Positions 49,088 to 58,503 of a DNA stretch of 64,000 bases are shown piece by piece (within the stretch, counting starts at the first letter, position 1; every line of letters begins with the position of its first letter). Source of the stretch: an uncultured Acidimicrobiaceae bacterium (GTDB lineage: Bacteria; Actinomycetota; Acidimicrobiia; Acidimicrobiales; MedAcidi-G1); contig CAWVUB010000001.1 of the NCBI GenBank assembly GCA_963933065.1, forward strand, positions 1,508 to 65,507, given 5' to 3'. The notes under the pieces are model-generated. The model was not told the origin of the DNA. It did not search any database and was given only the letters and a program-made list of their open reading frames with translations. A program made the translations under genes and the position numbers.

Positions 49088-51052
49088 TTACTTGTACGAG
49101 CGCTGTGATAGCGCCACGTTTTCGAATGACAACTCCTCGCGGTGGCGGGTCTGGGCAGTGCCCACCCCATTCCATTCCCAGGCAGCGACATGTGAAAAGT
49201 TCTCGTCGTCTCGTTGCGCCTCACCGTCGTCTGTTTGGTGCTCCTCACGAAAGTGGCCCCCTGCCGATTCTTCCCGTTCCAGAGCATCTCGAGCCATCAA
49301 TTCTGCCAACTCAAAGAAGTCGGCCACCCGGCCAGCTTTTTCCAGTGACTGATTGAGTGTCTCTGCGCTGCCTAACACTCTCACATTGGTTTGGAACTCC
49401 TCGCGCAAGGTGGGGATCTCGCTGAGCGCCTTCTCCAAGCCGACTTTGCTACGAGCCATCCCGATGTAATCCCAAACGATCCGACCCAACTCACGGTGGT
49501 AATAGTCGACCGAGTGGGTGCCGTTGATTGACAGCCATCGTTGCTGTTCATTTTTAACTTCAGCCACTGCATTGGTGAACACTGGATCGTCGGTGGGCAC
49601 AGCCTGCTGTCCCAGCATGTCGGCAAGGTTGTCACCAATCGTGTACGGCAACACGAAGTAGCCATCCGCCAGTCCTTGCATGAGGGCACTGGCCCCAAGC
49701 CGATTGGCACCGTGGTCAGAAAAGTTGGCCTCGCCTATTGCGTACAGGCTGGGGATAGTTGTCATCAGGTTGTAGTCCACCCAAAGTCCACCCATCGTGT
49801 AGTGGATTGCCGGGTAGATCCTCATTGGCTGTTCGTACGGGTTTTCACCAGTGATGCGTTGATACATGTCGAAGAGGTTTCCGTACTTGGCTGAGATGGC
49901 CTCCGCTCCGTCGCGGGCGATGGCCGCTGCGAAGTCGAGATAGACCCCATTTTTCAATGGACCAACGCCACGGTTCTCGTCGCAAACCGTCTTGGCGTTA
50001 CGCGAGGCAACATCCCGGGGCACCAAGTTACCAAAGGCTGGATATTTGCGTTCCAAATAGTAGTCGCGGTCAACCTCGGGAATGTCGGCTGCCGGTCGGC
50101 TGTCGTCGAACCCTTCGGGCACCCAAATCCGACCGTCATTGCGGAGCGATTCCGACATGAGGGTGAGTTTTGACTGGAAGTCGTCACTTACCGGAATACA
50201 GGTCGGGTGGATTTGAGTGAAGCAGGGATTCGCGAAAAAGGCTCCTTCTCGATGGGCCCGCCAGGCTGCTGTGACATTACACATCATGGCGTTGGTCGAG
50301 AGAAAGTAGACGTTGCCGTAGCCGCCAGTTGCAAGAACTACAGCGTGGGCTGAGTGTGAGGTGACTTCCCCGGACAGAAGGTCCCGAACAATGATGCCGC
50401 AGGCCCGACCATCCTTGACCACTACCTTAAGCATCTCTGAGCGGGTGTGTAACTCCACGGTGCCTGCACCGACCTGGCGCATCAGCGCCGAGTAGGCACC
50501 CACCAGTAACTGTTGGCCGGTTTGGCCTCGGGCGTAGAAGGTACGTGAGACCTGGGCTCCACCAAATGACCGATTATCCAGAAGCCCCCCGTAATCGCGG
50601 GCAAATGGCACACCCTGTGCGGTGGCTTGGTCGATGATGTTGACTGACACCTCGGCTAGGCGATGGACGTTGGCCTCCCGGGATCGGTAGTCGCCTCCCT
50701 TAACGGTGTCGTAGAAGAGCCGGTGCACTGAGTCACCATCGTTCGTGTAGTTCTTAGCCCCATTGATGCCGCCTTGGGCCGCGATGGAGTGAGCCCGGCG
50801 AGGGCTGTCGTGAAAGGTGAAGGCCTTAACCCGGTAGCCAAGTTCACCAAGGGAGGCTGCCGCCGATGCACCTGCCAGTCCAGTGCCAACCACGATTACT
50901 TCGAACTTGCGCTTGTTGTTGGGGTTAACCAACTTCATAGAGAACTTATGGTTCTCCCATTTAGTGGCAATGTCACCGGGAGGGACTCGTCCATTGAGAG
51001 TCGGGTTTTCTGTTCTAGGGGTCTCTGGCATCGAAGCGTTCATCTCATTCAT
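49088..51052 (-). CDS. sdhA: Succinate dehydrogenase/fumarate reductase flavoprotein subunit
   Basis: [22 protein letters not shown] (FAD-His) and HYTMGG motifs. ATG 51052 preferred as the start (GGAGAA RBS). Confidence 0.92.
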   Translation of the reverse strand: MNEMNASMPETPRTENPTLNGRVPPGDIATKWENHKFSMKLVNPNNKRKFEVIVVGTGLAGASAAASLGELGYRVKAFTFHDSPRRAHSIAAQGGINGAKNYTNDGDSVHRLFYDTVKGGDYRSREANVHRLAEVSVNIIDQATAQGVPFARDYGGLLDNRSFGGAQVSRTFYARGQTGQQLLVGAYSALMRQVGAGTVELHTRSEMLKVVVKDGRACGIIVRDLLSGEVTSHSAHAVVLATGGYGNVYFLSTNAMMCNVTAAWRAHREGAFFANPCFTQIHPTCIPVSDDFQSKLTLMSESLRNDGRIWVPEGFDDSRPAADIPEVDRDYYLERKYPAFGNLVPRDVASRNAKTVCDENRGVGPLKNGVYLDFAAAIARDGAEAISAKYGNLFDMYQRITGENPYEQPMRIYPAIHYTMGGLWVDYNLMTTIPSLYAIGEANFSDHGANRLGASALMQGLADGYFVLPYTIGDNLADMLGQQAVPTDDPVFTNAVAEVKNEQQRWLSINGTHSVDYYHRELGRIVWDYIGMARSKVGLEKALSEIPTLREEFQTNVRVLGSAETLNQSLEKAGRVADFFELAELMARDALEREESAGGHFREEHQTDDGEAQRDDENFSHVAAWEWNGVGTAQTRHREELSFENVALSQRSYK

Positions 51053-51069
51053 GTGGTCGTTTCTCCGGC

Positions 51070-51909
51070 TCAGTGATCTAGTGCCTGTTCGGCAAGGCAC
51101 GCGTTGCCCTCGATCTCACCGATCGGGCAGTGCCGTTCGTCCTCATCGATCAGTCCAGCCTGAGTCAGAACTGGAAAACTCAGGTTGCCGACCAAGATAA
51201 GGCCAGCCAAAACGGTAGCCAAGCTCCTGCGTAGTTTGTTGTAACGCGGGTTGTTCACGCCGAGGCTCTGGAACATCGACCACGCCCCGTGGAAGATGTG
51301 CCATGCCAGTGCCACGTTGGCAACTACGTAGAGAATGGCCACCGGCAGGTTGCCCAGTGATGTGGACACGTTGTGGTATGGGTCGCCGGGTACGAAGGCA
51401 TCACCCAGCCACCACCCCCAGGTCAGGTCGGCCAGGTGGTAGAACACGAAGAGAGCGATGATGGGCCCAGTCCAGCGCATTGTGCGACTGGCAAACGTTG
51501 CAGCCACATGGTCGCGGCCACCTTCGTACTTCTTGACTCCGCTGATCCGACTGGCGTTTTCGCTGGCGTTGCCGCTCATTCGGCTCAGAGTGATCGCTGA
51601 GTGCAAGTGCAGAACAAACATGCCAAGCAGGCCAACGCGGAGGAGCCACAGAACGGCACCTTTCGGGATCAGACCACTTCCTAGAGTGCGAAGCGACTCG
51701 GCGTACTCGTGCATCCGGGCTGGGCCTTCGTACACGTGGAGGTTGCCAATCATGTGGACCAGCACGAAGCCGATTAAGCCAATGCCTGTGATGGCCATGA
51801 CCCACTTGCGGCCTACAGCGCTCTGGTACAGGTTCAGTGGGAAAGGGTATTGGCGACCTTGAGGTCGAATCGGCGCCACGCGGTAGCGCTGATCAGTGGT
51901 CTGGGCCAT
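51070..51909 (-). CDS. sdhC: Succinate dehydrogenase cytochrome b subunit (b558-type, Sdh1-like)
   Basis: About 279 aa and polytopic with conserved His residues. ATG 51909 is preceded by GAGGAGGAG. Gene order is sdhC-A-B. Confidence 0.75.
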   Translation of the reverse strand: MAQTTDQRYRVAPIRPQGRQYPFPLNLYQSAVGRKWVMAITGIGLIGFVLVHMIGNLHVYEGPARMHEYAESLRTLGSGLIPKGAVLWLLRVGLLGMFVLHLHSAITLSRMSGNASENASRISGVKKYEGGRDHVAATFASRTMRWTGPIIALFVFYHLADLTWGWWLGDAFVPGDPYHNVSTSLGNLPVAILYVVANVALAWHIFHGAWSMFQSLGVNNPRYNKLRRSLATVLAGLILVGNLSFPVLTQAGLIDEDERHCPIGEIEGNACLAEQALDH

Positions 51910-51981
51910 GGTCTCCTCCTCGCGTGTCAACCCCAGAGCGGCGGGCGGGGCGACTTCTACCCGGATGGTAGCGGGCGCTGT

Positions 51982-54108
51982 TCAGTCAGCACCGATACGG
52001 CCTTCGTAGCGGTTGGTTACTGTATGGCCCCCGTCGATAGTCAGCCCTAATTCGAGAACTACTGATCCGGTTGCATCACCGAGAGGAAGCTCGAAGGTCC
52101 CAATCATGGTGACTGAATCGGCCTCGAGAGATCCTCCCCATGATCGTTCAACAACTAGTTCCTTAGTTTTGATGAGGAGACGACTGTCTACTCTGCATTG
52201 GGAAATTGGTTCGCGGCCGTCGTGCACGACAAACACCTGGGTCCGGAGAGTTGAGCGGGGGGCGATGGATTCCAGCGGTGGGTCAGCCACTACGATCGTT
52301 GGAGCGCACGCTGCCATGACAGTTGCATATGCAGGCTTAGGAACCCGTCGGTAGTCGACCAGGGACCCGGAGATAGCCGCCGCCCCATCGAGTAGACGGT
52401 CCAGAGTAAACCCCCCGGTAGGCCGATACTTACGTCGGCGCAAAGCCTCAATCTGGATTCGTAGCAGACGGGCCTGGTGTTCACGGGTGCTGGACGCCCA
52501 CTCTTGGGGACCTGGGTGATCACCAGGGGGAAAGCGGCGGGTGATTACGTCTGCCTCTGCGCCATGGTCCTTAGCGAGACGCTGGAGGTCGATTTTGGGC
52601 CACGATGCGGGGTCCAGCGTCCCATCGGTTAAGGCTGGCGACTCGTGGGGAACTGACTGCGTTCCAAAAGCTGCGACAAAACGACCGGCTCGTGCCACTC
52701 GGTCCACGTACTCGGCCAAGTCACCACGCCGTCCGCTGTACCACCCGAACCATAGGTGGACGGCCGCATCGTCGATTCGTGGTGGGTTGGGCAGCACGCC
52801 AGAGTGGCTAATTACTGGGCGAGACGGATCGGCTTGCTCGAGAGAGCGGCGCACAGAACGGTCTAGGACTGTCCGATTCCACGTAGGGATTTGCTGGTCT
52901 ATTTGGCGGGGGACAGCCCGGGTCCGATCTACAGGATCGGGGACATCGTGAGCGCACCAAACTATTACTGACGGATGGTGCCCCAAAAGGTCGACCACAT
53001 CTCGGGCTTGTCGGGCCGCTTGGTTCCGGATCCCCCTGTGGTAGCCACCGGTTAGGGGCAGGTCCTGCCACAGCAACATGCCGGTTCGGTCGGCTTCGGC
53101 GTACAGCTCAGGGGCCGACACGTGTCCGATCATCCTGAGGAAGTTCAAACCGGCATCGCGCGCCAGAGTCAAGTCGGTAGTTGTTGATTCGAGAGTCACT
53201 CGAGATAGGTCGCGGTCTAGTGGTGGGACAATCGCCCCCCGGAGGAAAAGTCGTTGTCCGTTTATTGACCAGATCTGATTGCGCATGTGAACAGAGCGAA
53301 AACCAGTGCGACGTAACGCCCGGTCGCTTACTTGGCCGTCTTCGGTCGCCACGATTAATTCCACATCGTGCAGATGCTGTTCACCCATTTCGGCAGGCCA
53401 CCACAGTGGTGGCCTGGGGACCCGAATAGACCATTCGACCCGATTCTCGCCACCAGCCAATGGCTGTCGATGACGGTGGTCGATGCCCAGCACTTTCGTG
53501 TGGAAGATCGCTTCCCGAGGCCGGTCAGCGTGAACTACTGCCCGAAAGGTCAGGGTGGCCACTGATTCTGTTGCCCTGCTGCACAACACCCGGATGTGTA
53601 GTAGGGGAACTGGGCCGGTCTCACGCAATTGGACATGGCGTCCGATCCCACCAGGGTTCCATGCGGCGATGCCCCGGCCGCCTTGGGTAGTCCCGGTAAG
53701 AGTCCGCTTCTCGTCCGGTTTACCAATGGGTGGGCATGTGGCTTCCACAGCCAGAAGATGGTCGGAGCGGGCGCGGGCGGCGGCAGTGATTTCCAATAGG
53801 TGAGGAGTGAATGAGCCTTCAGTGGGGCCGAGGTATGAACCGTCGAGCCACACATCTCCCTGGCACGTAACGCCGGCAAATTCTAAAAATGTACGTCGTT
53901 CGGCTCCCGGTGGCGTAGTGGTGAACTGGGTCCGGTACAGCATCGGCCCATCAGAATCTGTGAAGGCCTGTGTGCTTCGCCAAGAGCCAGGGACAGTGAC
54001 CTCCAGCCAGTTTCTGTCATCGAGACTTTCGAGTGGAAAGTCGCGCCGGAGTACTTCGTCAGCTTCAATGGCCCGCCACGGACCAGGTAGCGCCTCAGAG
54101 TGTTCCAT
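51982..54108 (-). CDS. Glycoside hydrolase family 2-like protein (beta-mannosidase-like) lacking consensus catalytic glutamates
   Basis: Sugar-binding N-domain, PLWWP..MGEQ, LLWQDLPL, HPSVIVWCAHDV (family: WCGNNE) and RFVAAFGTQSVP (family: F-x-SEFG-x-QS-x-P). Confidence 0.7.
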   Translation of the reverse strand: MEHSEALPGPWRAIEADEVLRRDFPLESLDDRNWLEVTVPGSWRSTQAFTDSDGPMLYRTQFTTTPPGAERRTFLEFAGVTCQGDVWLDGSYLGPTEGSFTPHLLEITAAARARSDHLLAVEATCPPIGKPDEKRTLTGTTQGGRGIAAWNPGGIGRHVQLRETGPVPLLHIRVLCSRATESVATLTFRAVVHADRPREAIFHTKVLGIDHRHRQPLAGGENRVEWSIRVPRPPLWWPAEMGEQHLHDVELIVATEDGQVSDRALRRTGFRSVHMRNQIWSINGQRLFLRGAIVPPLDRDLSRVTLESTTTDLTLARDAGLNFLRMIGHVSAPELYAEADRTGMLLWQDLPLTGGYHRGIRNQAARQARDVVDLLGHHPSVIVWCAHDVPDPVDRTRAVPRQIDQQIPTWNRTVLDRSVRRSLEQADPSRPVISHSGVLPNPPRIDDAAVHLWFGWYSGRRGDLAEYVDRVARAGRFVAAFGTQSVPHESPALTDGTLDPASWPKIDLQRLAKDHGAEADVITRRFPPGDHPGPQEWASSTREHQARLLRIQIEALRRRKYRPTGGFTLDRLLDGAAAISGSLVDYRRVPKPAYATVMAACAPTIVVADPPLESIAPRSTLRTQVFVVHDGREPISQCRVDSRLLIKTKELVVERSWGGSLEADSVTMIGTFELPLGDATGSVVLELGLTIDGGHTVTNRYEGRIGAD

Positions 54109-54348
54109 GACCTGACGCTAGGCCTCCGACAGACAACTCTTGATTCTACTGCTGGAAGTTGGAGGTTCTCTCGACCGGAAGACCCTTCGTCTGAGATGGT
54201 CAGTACTGTTGAACTGGTCCTAGAGGGGTTGCATTTATCCCAAAGACCAAACAAGCAGACCTTAAGGCTCAGGATCTTTTTACCTCGCTAGAAGTGAAGC
54301 CTCCCAAGACGGAGATTCCAAGATCAAATTCTCTAGAGGTGCAGGGCA

Positions 54349-55656
54349 TTAAGAGAACGATGGGGGGGCGGGACGTCCAGTTATTTGTTCAGATAACCAT
54401 CGCCCGCTGTCCTTTAGCCTGCGGTCCCGGGTGACTAGCCCACGGGGCCCAGCAAAACCCGGCGCCGTTCCCCAGCCTGCGGTTGCGTAGCCGTCCAACA
54501 GGGAGTCGTGGAATAAGCCCACGACGGGTATTCCATCCTCTACCGCTGATTCGATTTGTGCGATTACATCTCGGAGCATTTCCTCGCGCCACTCGTCGTC
54601 GGTGGTTGATACTCCCCAGCCAGCCACTACTAGGTCCCGACCGTTGAGTCTGTGATGGATCTGCCGGAGGACTACTCCTAGTTCTTCGGGTAGTGGAGCG
54701 GCACCCGTGGCGTCCACTCGGGCATTGGGTGGATATGGGCCGGGGGTACCGCTGGCGTCCACCCTTACCGGGTGGTCACCAACTAGGCCAATGAGGTCAA
54801 AGGCGCCAGCCAACTCAGGTCGATCAGTTGGGGTTCGCCACGGCCAGGCCAACTCTCCGTCGGCTAGTGCCCGAAGCCACGAATCCCATAGCACTCGTTT
54901 CCAGTGAAGGGCCTGTTCACGCTCCAGGTTGTTATTTTTGGAACTGGATTGGTCATGGCCAATACCATCGTCAGGTAATGCAGCAAAGATGGATGGGGCA
55001 GCGAAAACGCCCATGACCGGAGCGTTACCGCTCTGAAGCAGTCGGCAGGCGTCAAAATTTGCTTCGAGCGCGCCTTCGAGGACTACGCGAGCTTTCTCAG
55101 GGTTAGTCCGACCAGGGGGACGGACGCCTAGTAGGTGGCCACGGACCGTTGAACCGATCGGATCCTCGATGGGTACCCATCCGGCTGTCAGATCTTCTAA
55201 GGCTTCGGCGGTGCGGTCTACATGCCGGGCCCACCAACTACTCCGACTTGATGTTTCGGCAAACCCTCCTTCGTCATCGACGAACCAACCCGGGAGCGTT
55301 CCGTTCACCAGTGTGACCCATGGTTGTATCCCAATATCAACAGCTGAGGAGAGAATGCTTCGGGCCTGTTCAAGTGCGCGACCATCGAGCACTCCGGGTC
55401 GAGGTTCCAAGCGGGCCCATTCGATGGTGATGCGTATGTCGGTGAATCCCAGAGCAGCGGCAAGGCGGAGGTCATCGACATAATCGCTAGCGAAACCTGC
55501 TCCAGCGCCGGAGGTTGAAACCCGACCATCGTCTTCCCAACGTGACCAATCGGCGGCCGGTGCTACCCCTTCGGCCGACAGAGACGAGTCGGTTACACCC
55601 CATCGAAATTCCTTCCCATGCAGTTCAGACGGTGTGCTCGTTTCTCGGGTGAGCAT
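54349..55656 (-). CDS. Glycoside hydrolase family 1-like protein lacking the nucleophile glutamate
   Basis: The protein is colinear with GH1 (FRWGV..AEG; IRITIEWARLEP; WVPIEDP for the W-x-T-x-NEP motif; LVVAGWG for the ITENG motif; GLFHDSLLDGY for the GYF-WSL-DNFEW motif; LKDSGRW). Confidence 0.7.
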   Translation of the reverse strand: MLTRETSTPSELHGKEFRWGVTDSSLSAEGVAPAADWSRWEDDGRVSTSGAGAGFASDYVDDLRLAAALGFTDIRITIEWARLEPRPGVLDGRALEQARSILSSAVDIGIQPWVTLVNGTLPGWFVDDEGGFAETSSRSSWWARHVDRTAEALEDLTAGWVPIEDPIGSTVRGHLLGVRPPGRTNPEKARVVLEGALEANFDACRLLQSGNAPVMGVFAAPSIFAALPDDGIGHDQSSSKNNNLEREQALHWKRVLWDSWLRALADGELAWPWRTPTDRPELAGAFDLIGLVGDHPVRVDASGTPGPYPPNARVDATGAAPLPEELGVVLRQIHHRLNGRDLVVAGWGVSTTDDEWREEMLRDVIAQIESAVEDGIPVVGLFHDSLLDGYATAGWGTAPGFAGPRGLVTRDRRLKDSGRWLSEQITGRPAPPSFS

Positions 55657-55663
55657 GCTGATC

Positions 55664-56509
55664 TCAGCCGTGTCGTGTCATTACACCGGAGTCGAAGACC
55701 ACCCGGTCGCTGACCCGAGTCTGGAACAGCACGGTGGCGTCTTCGGTCTCCCAGATATGAACATCAAGGACCTCACCGGGCATGACCGGTGACTTAAAAC
55801 GCCCACTCATGCTGCCGAAGCGGCTCGGATCTGATCCACAGACGGCGTGTAGAAGTGCCCGCCCAGTGAATCCGTAGGTGCAAAGGCCGTGAAGGATTGG
55901 TCGGTCAAATCCGGCCGCTGAGGCGAACGTCGGATCGGAATGTAGTGGGTTTCTGTCGCCACTGAGTCGATAAATTAGGGCTTGATCGGCTCTAGTGGCG
56001 TATGAGACCACGTGATCAGCATCTCGGTTGGGTGCCGCCCAGTCGGTAGCGGGGCCGCGGTCGCCGCCCCAACCGCCTTCACCGCCGATAAACAGGCCTG
56101 AACTGGTGGACCACAACGGCTTGCCGTCAGGGTCAGCGACTTCGGTCTCGAGGTACACGAGAGCCGCTTTACCCTTGTCCCAAATTGGCCCAACTTTTCC
56201 GATGGCCATGCCGGTGCCCTCAGCGGGGATCTCTCGATAGCAAGTTATGGATTGTTCAGCATGGAGTAGGAAGACTGGGTTAAAACTGCCAAAGTCTGGG
56301 GTGCTACCTCCACCCATCACTACGACCTGGGTGGGGAAGGTCCGTTGGGTAATCCCGTTGGAATTCTCGGTTGTGAACTCCAACTCAAAACCAGTGGGGT
56401 CGGCCACACCGGCTCCGATACCGAGGGCGTACAGCAGACTCTGCTTAGAGGTCCAGGAGATTTCAGTGGGCTGGCCGGTTGATCCGGTGGAATCTGGGTT
56501 TATTGGCAT
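55664..56509 (-). CDS. MaoC-family double-hotdog (R)-specific enoyl-CoA hydratase/dehydratase
   Basis: 281 aa. YRLSGDRNPLHSDP and ILHGLCTYG are typical of the MaoC dehydratase domain. Confidence 0.75.
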   Translation of the reverse strand: MPINPDSTGSTGQPTEISWTSKQSLLYALGIGAGVADPTGFELEFTTENSNGITQRTFPTQVVVMGGGSTPDFGSFNPVFLLHAEQSITCYREIPAEGTGMAIGKVGPIWDKGKAALVYLETEVADPDGKPLWSTSSGLFIGGEGGWGGDRGPATDWAAPNRDADHVVSYATRADQALIYRLSGDRNPLHSDPTFASAAGFDRPILHGLCTYGFTGRALLHAVCGSDPSRFGSMSGRFKSPVMPGEVLDVHIWETEDATVLFQTRVSDRVVFDSGVMTRHG

Positions 56510-57080
56510 CGTGGCTCCCGTGGGCTCGTGATTTCGTCGACTCTGTGGTCGTTGGATGGGCCAATTATCTGACCCACCTCAACGTCAACGCTACGGTCAG
56601 TTTGTGGAGTATCCGAATTAGGGCTTGGTCCAGCGACAACGTTGTGGAGTCGACGACGGAGACGAGGTCCTGAGTCGCGTCGCGTCATCTACTTCTGGTG
56701 GACCGCACACTTCGAGTAGCCCAGCGCTGCACTCGTGAGGACATACGGATCAATGTGTCCACAGTGGACACCACGCGCCGTCTGACTCGGTTTGTTGAGT
56801 AGACAATTCTGCTGAACAGGGGGCAGGCCTGTATGACCGATGATTGAGAACTTAGCGATTGCGTGTTAATCGACTTTGTCGAACACCCTCGAATGGTTCG
56901 TTCTCGCCGTTGATCAGGTTGAGTTCGCGCCGTGGCGATCGTGTGCGAATTCAACAGGTGGCTTATCTGTAGGGATAAAATCATGATTTCTCTTGCAATT
57001 AGGGGAATGACAGTGGTGTAATTCCAATAGAGGAACTTCTTTGGAGGTTCTGGGGAACCAAAACCGGTTCCAGCGGCCGG

Positions 57081-57094
57081 ATCGACCGGTCGAT
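57081..57094. promoter_or_regulatory. Perfect 14-bp palindrome 27 nt upstream of the whiB2-like start
   Basis: ATCGACCGGTCGAT read directly from the sequence. Confidence 0.25.
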
Positions 57095-57120
57095 TAACCG
57101 GTGAAAGGCGTAACAGCACG

Positions 57121-57405
57121 ATGGGAATGATCGCAAAACCTGATCTAGACACGGAATGGAAGGACTCGTCGAACTGTCTTGGCGTGGATCCTGACCTGTT
57201 TTTTCCTGAGCGCGGGGCCAGCACTCGAGAGGCTAAAGAAGTGTGTCGGGGATGCATCGTGAGAGAGGACTGTCTGGAGTACGCGCTGTTGAACGGCGAG
57301 AAGTTTGGCATCTGGGGTGGAATGAGTGAGCGAGAGCGTCGTCGAATCCGGCGACAGCGCGCCTTGGAACGTCAGGCTGTTGCCCGAACCGCTGAGGCTG
57401 TGTGA
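57121..57405 (+). CDS. whiB2: WhiB-family regulator, WhiB2/WhmD-like
   Basis: CLGVDPDLFFPERGASTREAKEVCRGCIVREDCLEYALLNGEKFGIWGGMSERERRR is close to my recollection of WhiB2/WhmD. Confidence 0.8.
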   Translation: MGMIAKPDLDTEWKDSSNCLGVDPDLFFPERGASTREAKEVCRGCIVREDCLEYALLNGEKFGIWGGMSERERRRIRRQRALERQAVARTAEAV

Positions 57406-57497
57406 GTGTCGTTCCTAGCAAAGATTTGTTTTGCTAAGAAGTTCTTTGATGGATCGAGTGCTGTGCCCAGCGGTTGGACAGTGAGTAGAGTCCTGTT

Positions 57498-57686
57498 ATG
57501 AGCACTCTCGCATTCTTGGGAACCCAGGAACTGATTATCGTTGCGGTCATTGCCTTGGTTCTGTTTGGTGGAAACCAGATTCCAAAGTTGGCTCGTAACC
57601 TTGGTAAGGCCCAAAAAGAACTCCAGAAGGGGCTGGCTGAGGGCCAAGCGGCAGTTGATGCTGAGCCTGATACGGACAGCAGTTAA
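57498..57686 (+). CDS. tatA: Twin-arginine translocase subunit TatA/E
   Basis: 62 aa. TM helix followed by FGGNQIPKLARNLGKAQKEL, an amphipathic helix. Confidence 0.85.
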   Translation: MSTLAFLGTQELIIVAVIALVLFGGNQIPKLARNLGKAQKELQKGLAEGQAAVDAEPDTDSS

Positions 57687-57758
57687 GCCCGAGCACTTTC
57701 TGATCGGTCTAATGTCGGCCACCCGGTGCCCCTAGGGCCACCGGTACACTTCCCGACC

Positions 57759-58037
57759 ATGAGCAGTCACCCCGACGATCTTCCTCCCCAGCCACCGGTC
57801 GGCGACTTAAAGGTCGTCTATCTTGGACCAGCCGCCCCTCACTGGGAGGTCCGGTCAAATTTTGGCGACCCGCGCTTAATCGAGTCTTTCCGCGACCGTG
57901 TGCAGGCTCGACTTATGTTGTTGCCGCCTCACGATCCCCAGTTCCGACGTAACCGGGAGCGAATTAACCGCGATGCTGAGCGCGAGAACGTGCTTATCTC
58001 CTGGGACCTCGGGTACGAAGAGGAAGACTCGGCCTGA
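57759..58037 (+). CDS. Hypothetical protein
   Basis: ATG 57759 (MSSHPDD...); the ORF opens at 57726. Charged C-terminus. No motif recognised. Confidence 0.35.
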   Translation: MSSHPDDLPPQPPVGDLKVVYLGPAAPHWEVRSNFGDPRLIESFRDRVQARLMLLPPHDPQFRRNRERINRDAERENVLISWDLGYEEEDSA

Positions 58038-58164
58038 TACGGCCCTAGATGCCTCCATGGGGGCAACTAGGTGCCGAAAACGACATCAGCCCCAACGCTT
58101 GGTTCGTCGGGGCTGATGCCGCAATGAGGGGTGAGGAGGGAACTACCCCTCAGGACTTTCTTTT

Positions 58165-58503
58165 TTAGGCTGCCACTGCAATGAACCCGTTGTTTCGTGC
58201 TGCCGCCCGCCGAGAGCGCAAGATTCTTCGCCGCTGGCGTTCGGAGCATCCACCCCAGACGCCGTGTTCGATTCGGTTGGCTAGTGCGTAGTTCAGGCAT
58301 GGCTCAGTGATTTGGCAATCTGCACAGATCTTCTTGGCGAGTTCAACTCCGACACCGTCGTGGGGGAAGAAGACGTTGGGGTTGCTGCCGGCGCACGCAC
58401 CGAGCGACATCCATGTAGATGCTGACCCCTCTGAGTCAAAGGGGTTTTCTGCTTTGTGGAAATTTTTCGGATTGTGTGAAATTTCTAGAAGTTGGGTGTT
58501 CAT
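58165..58503 (-). CDS. WhiB-family Fe-S transcriptional regulator
   Basis: GACAG...CADCQITEPC plus GVWGG and a basic tail. An alternative internal start at MSLGAC is possible. Confidence 0.8.
   Translation of the reverse strand: MNTQLLEISHNPKNFHKAENPFDSEGSASTWMSLGACAGSNPNVFFPHDGVGVELAKKICADCQITEPCLNYALANRIEHGVWGGCSERQRRRILRSRRAAARNNGFIAVAA

Noticed and set aside
51909-51984. The TGA stop of the GH2-like gene is followed by 51 nt without a stop in the same frame, running into the sdhC ORF. I considered this as a possible Sec/readthrough site because selA, selB and tRNA-Sec are in the window.
   Set aside because: A GH2-SdhC fusion makes no biological sense. sdhC has its own ATG (51909) with a strong GAGGAGGAG RBS. 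The stop-free stretch is short enough to be chance in GC-rich DNA. I saw no obvious SECIS-like hairpin directly after the TGA.
56685-57311. 208-aa minus-strand ORF spanning the whiB2 upstream region.
   Set aside because: The translation is Ser/Arg-rich and low-complexity. It overlaps the start of a well-supported WhiB gene on the opposite strand. The region has lower GC, consistent with non-coding regulatory DNA.
57716-57745. Imperfect GC-rich palindrome GGTGCCCCTAGGGCCACC after tatA as an intrinsic terminator.
   Set aside because: The stem is interrupted by a mismatch, the loop would be 2-4 nt, and no U-tract follows. It also overlaps the possible start region of the next ORF.
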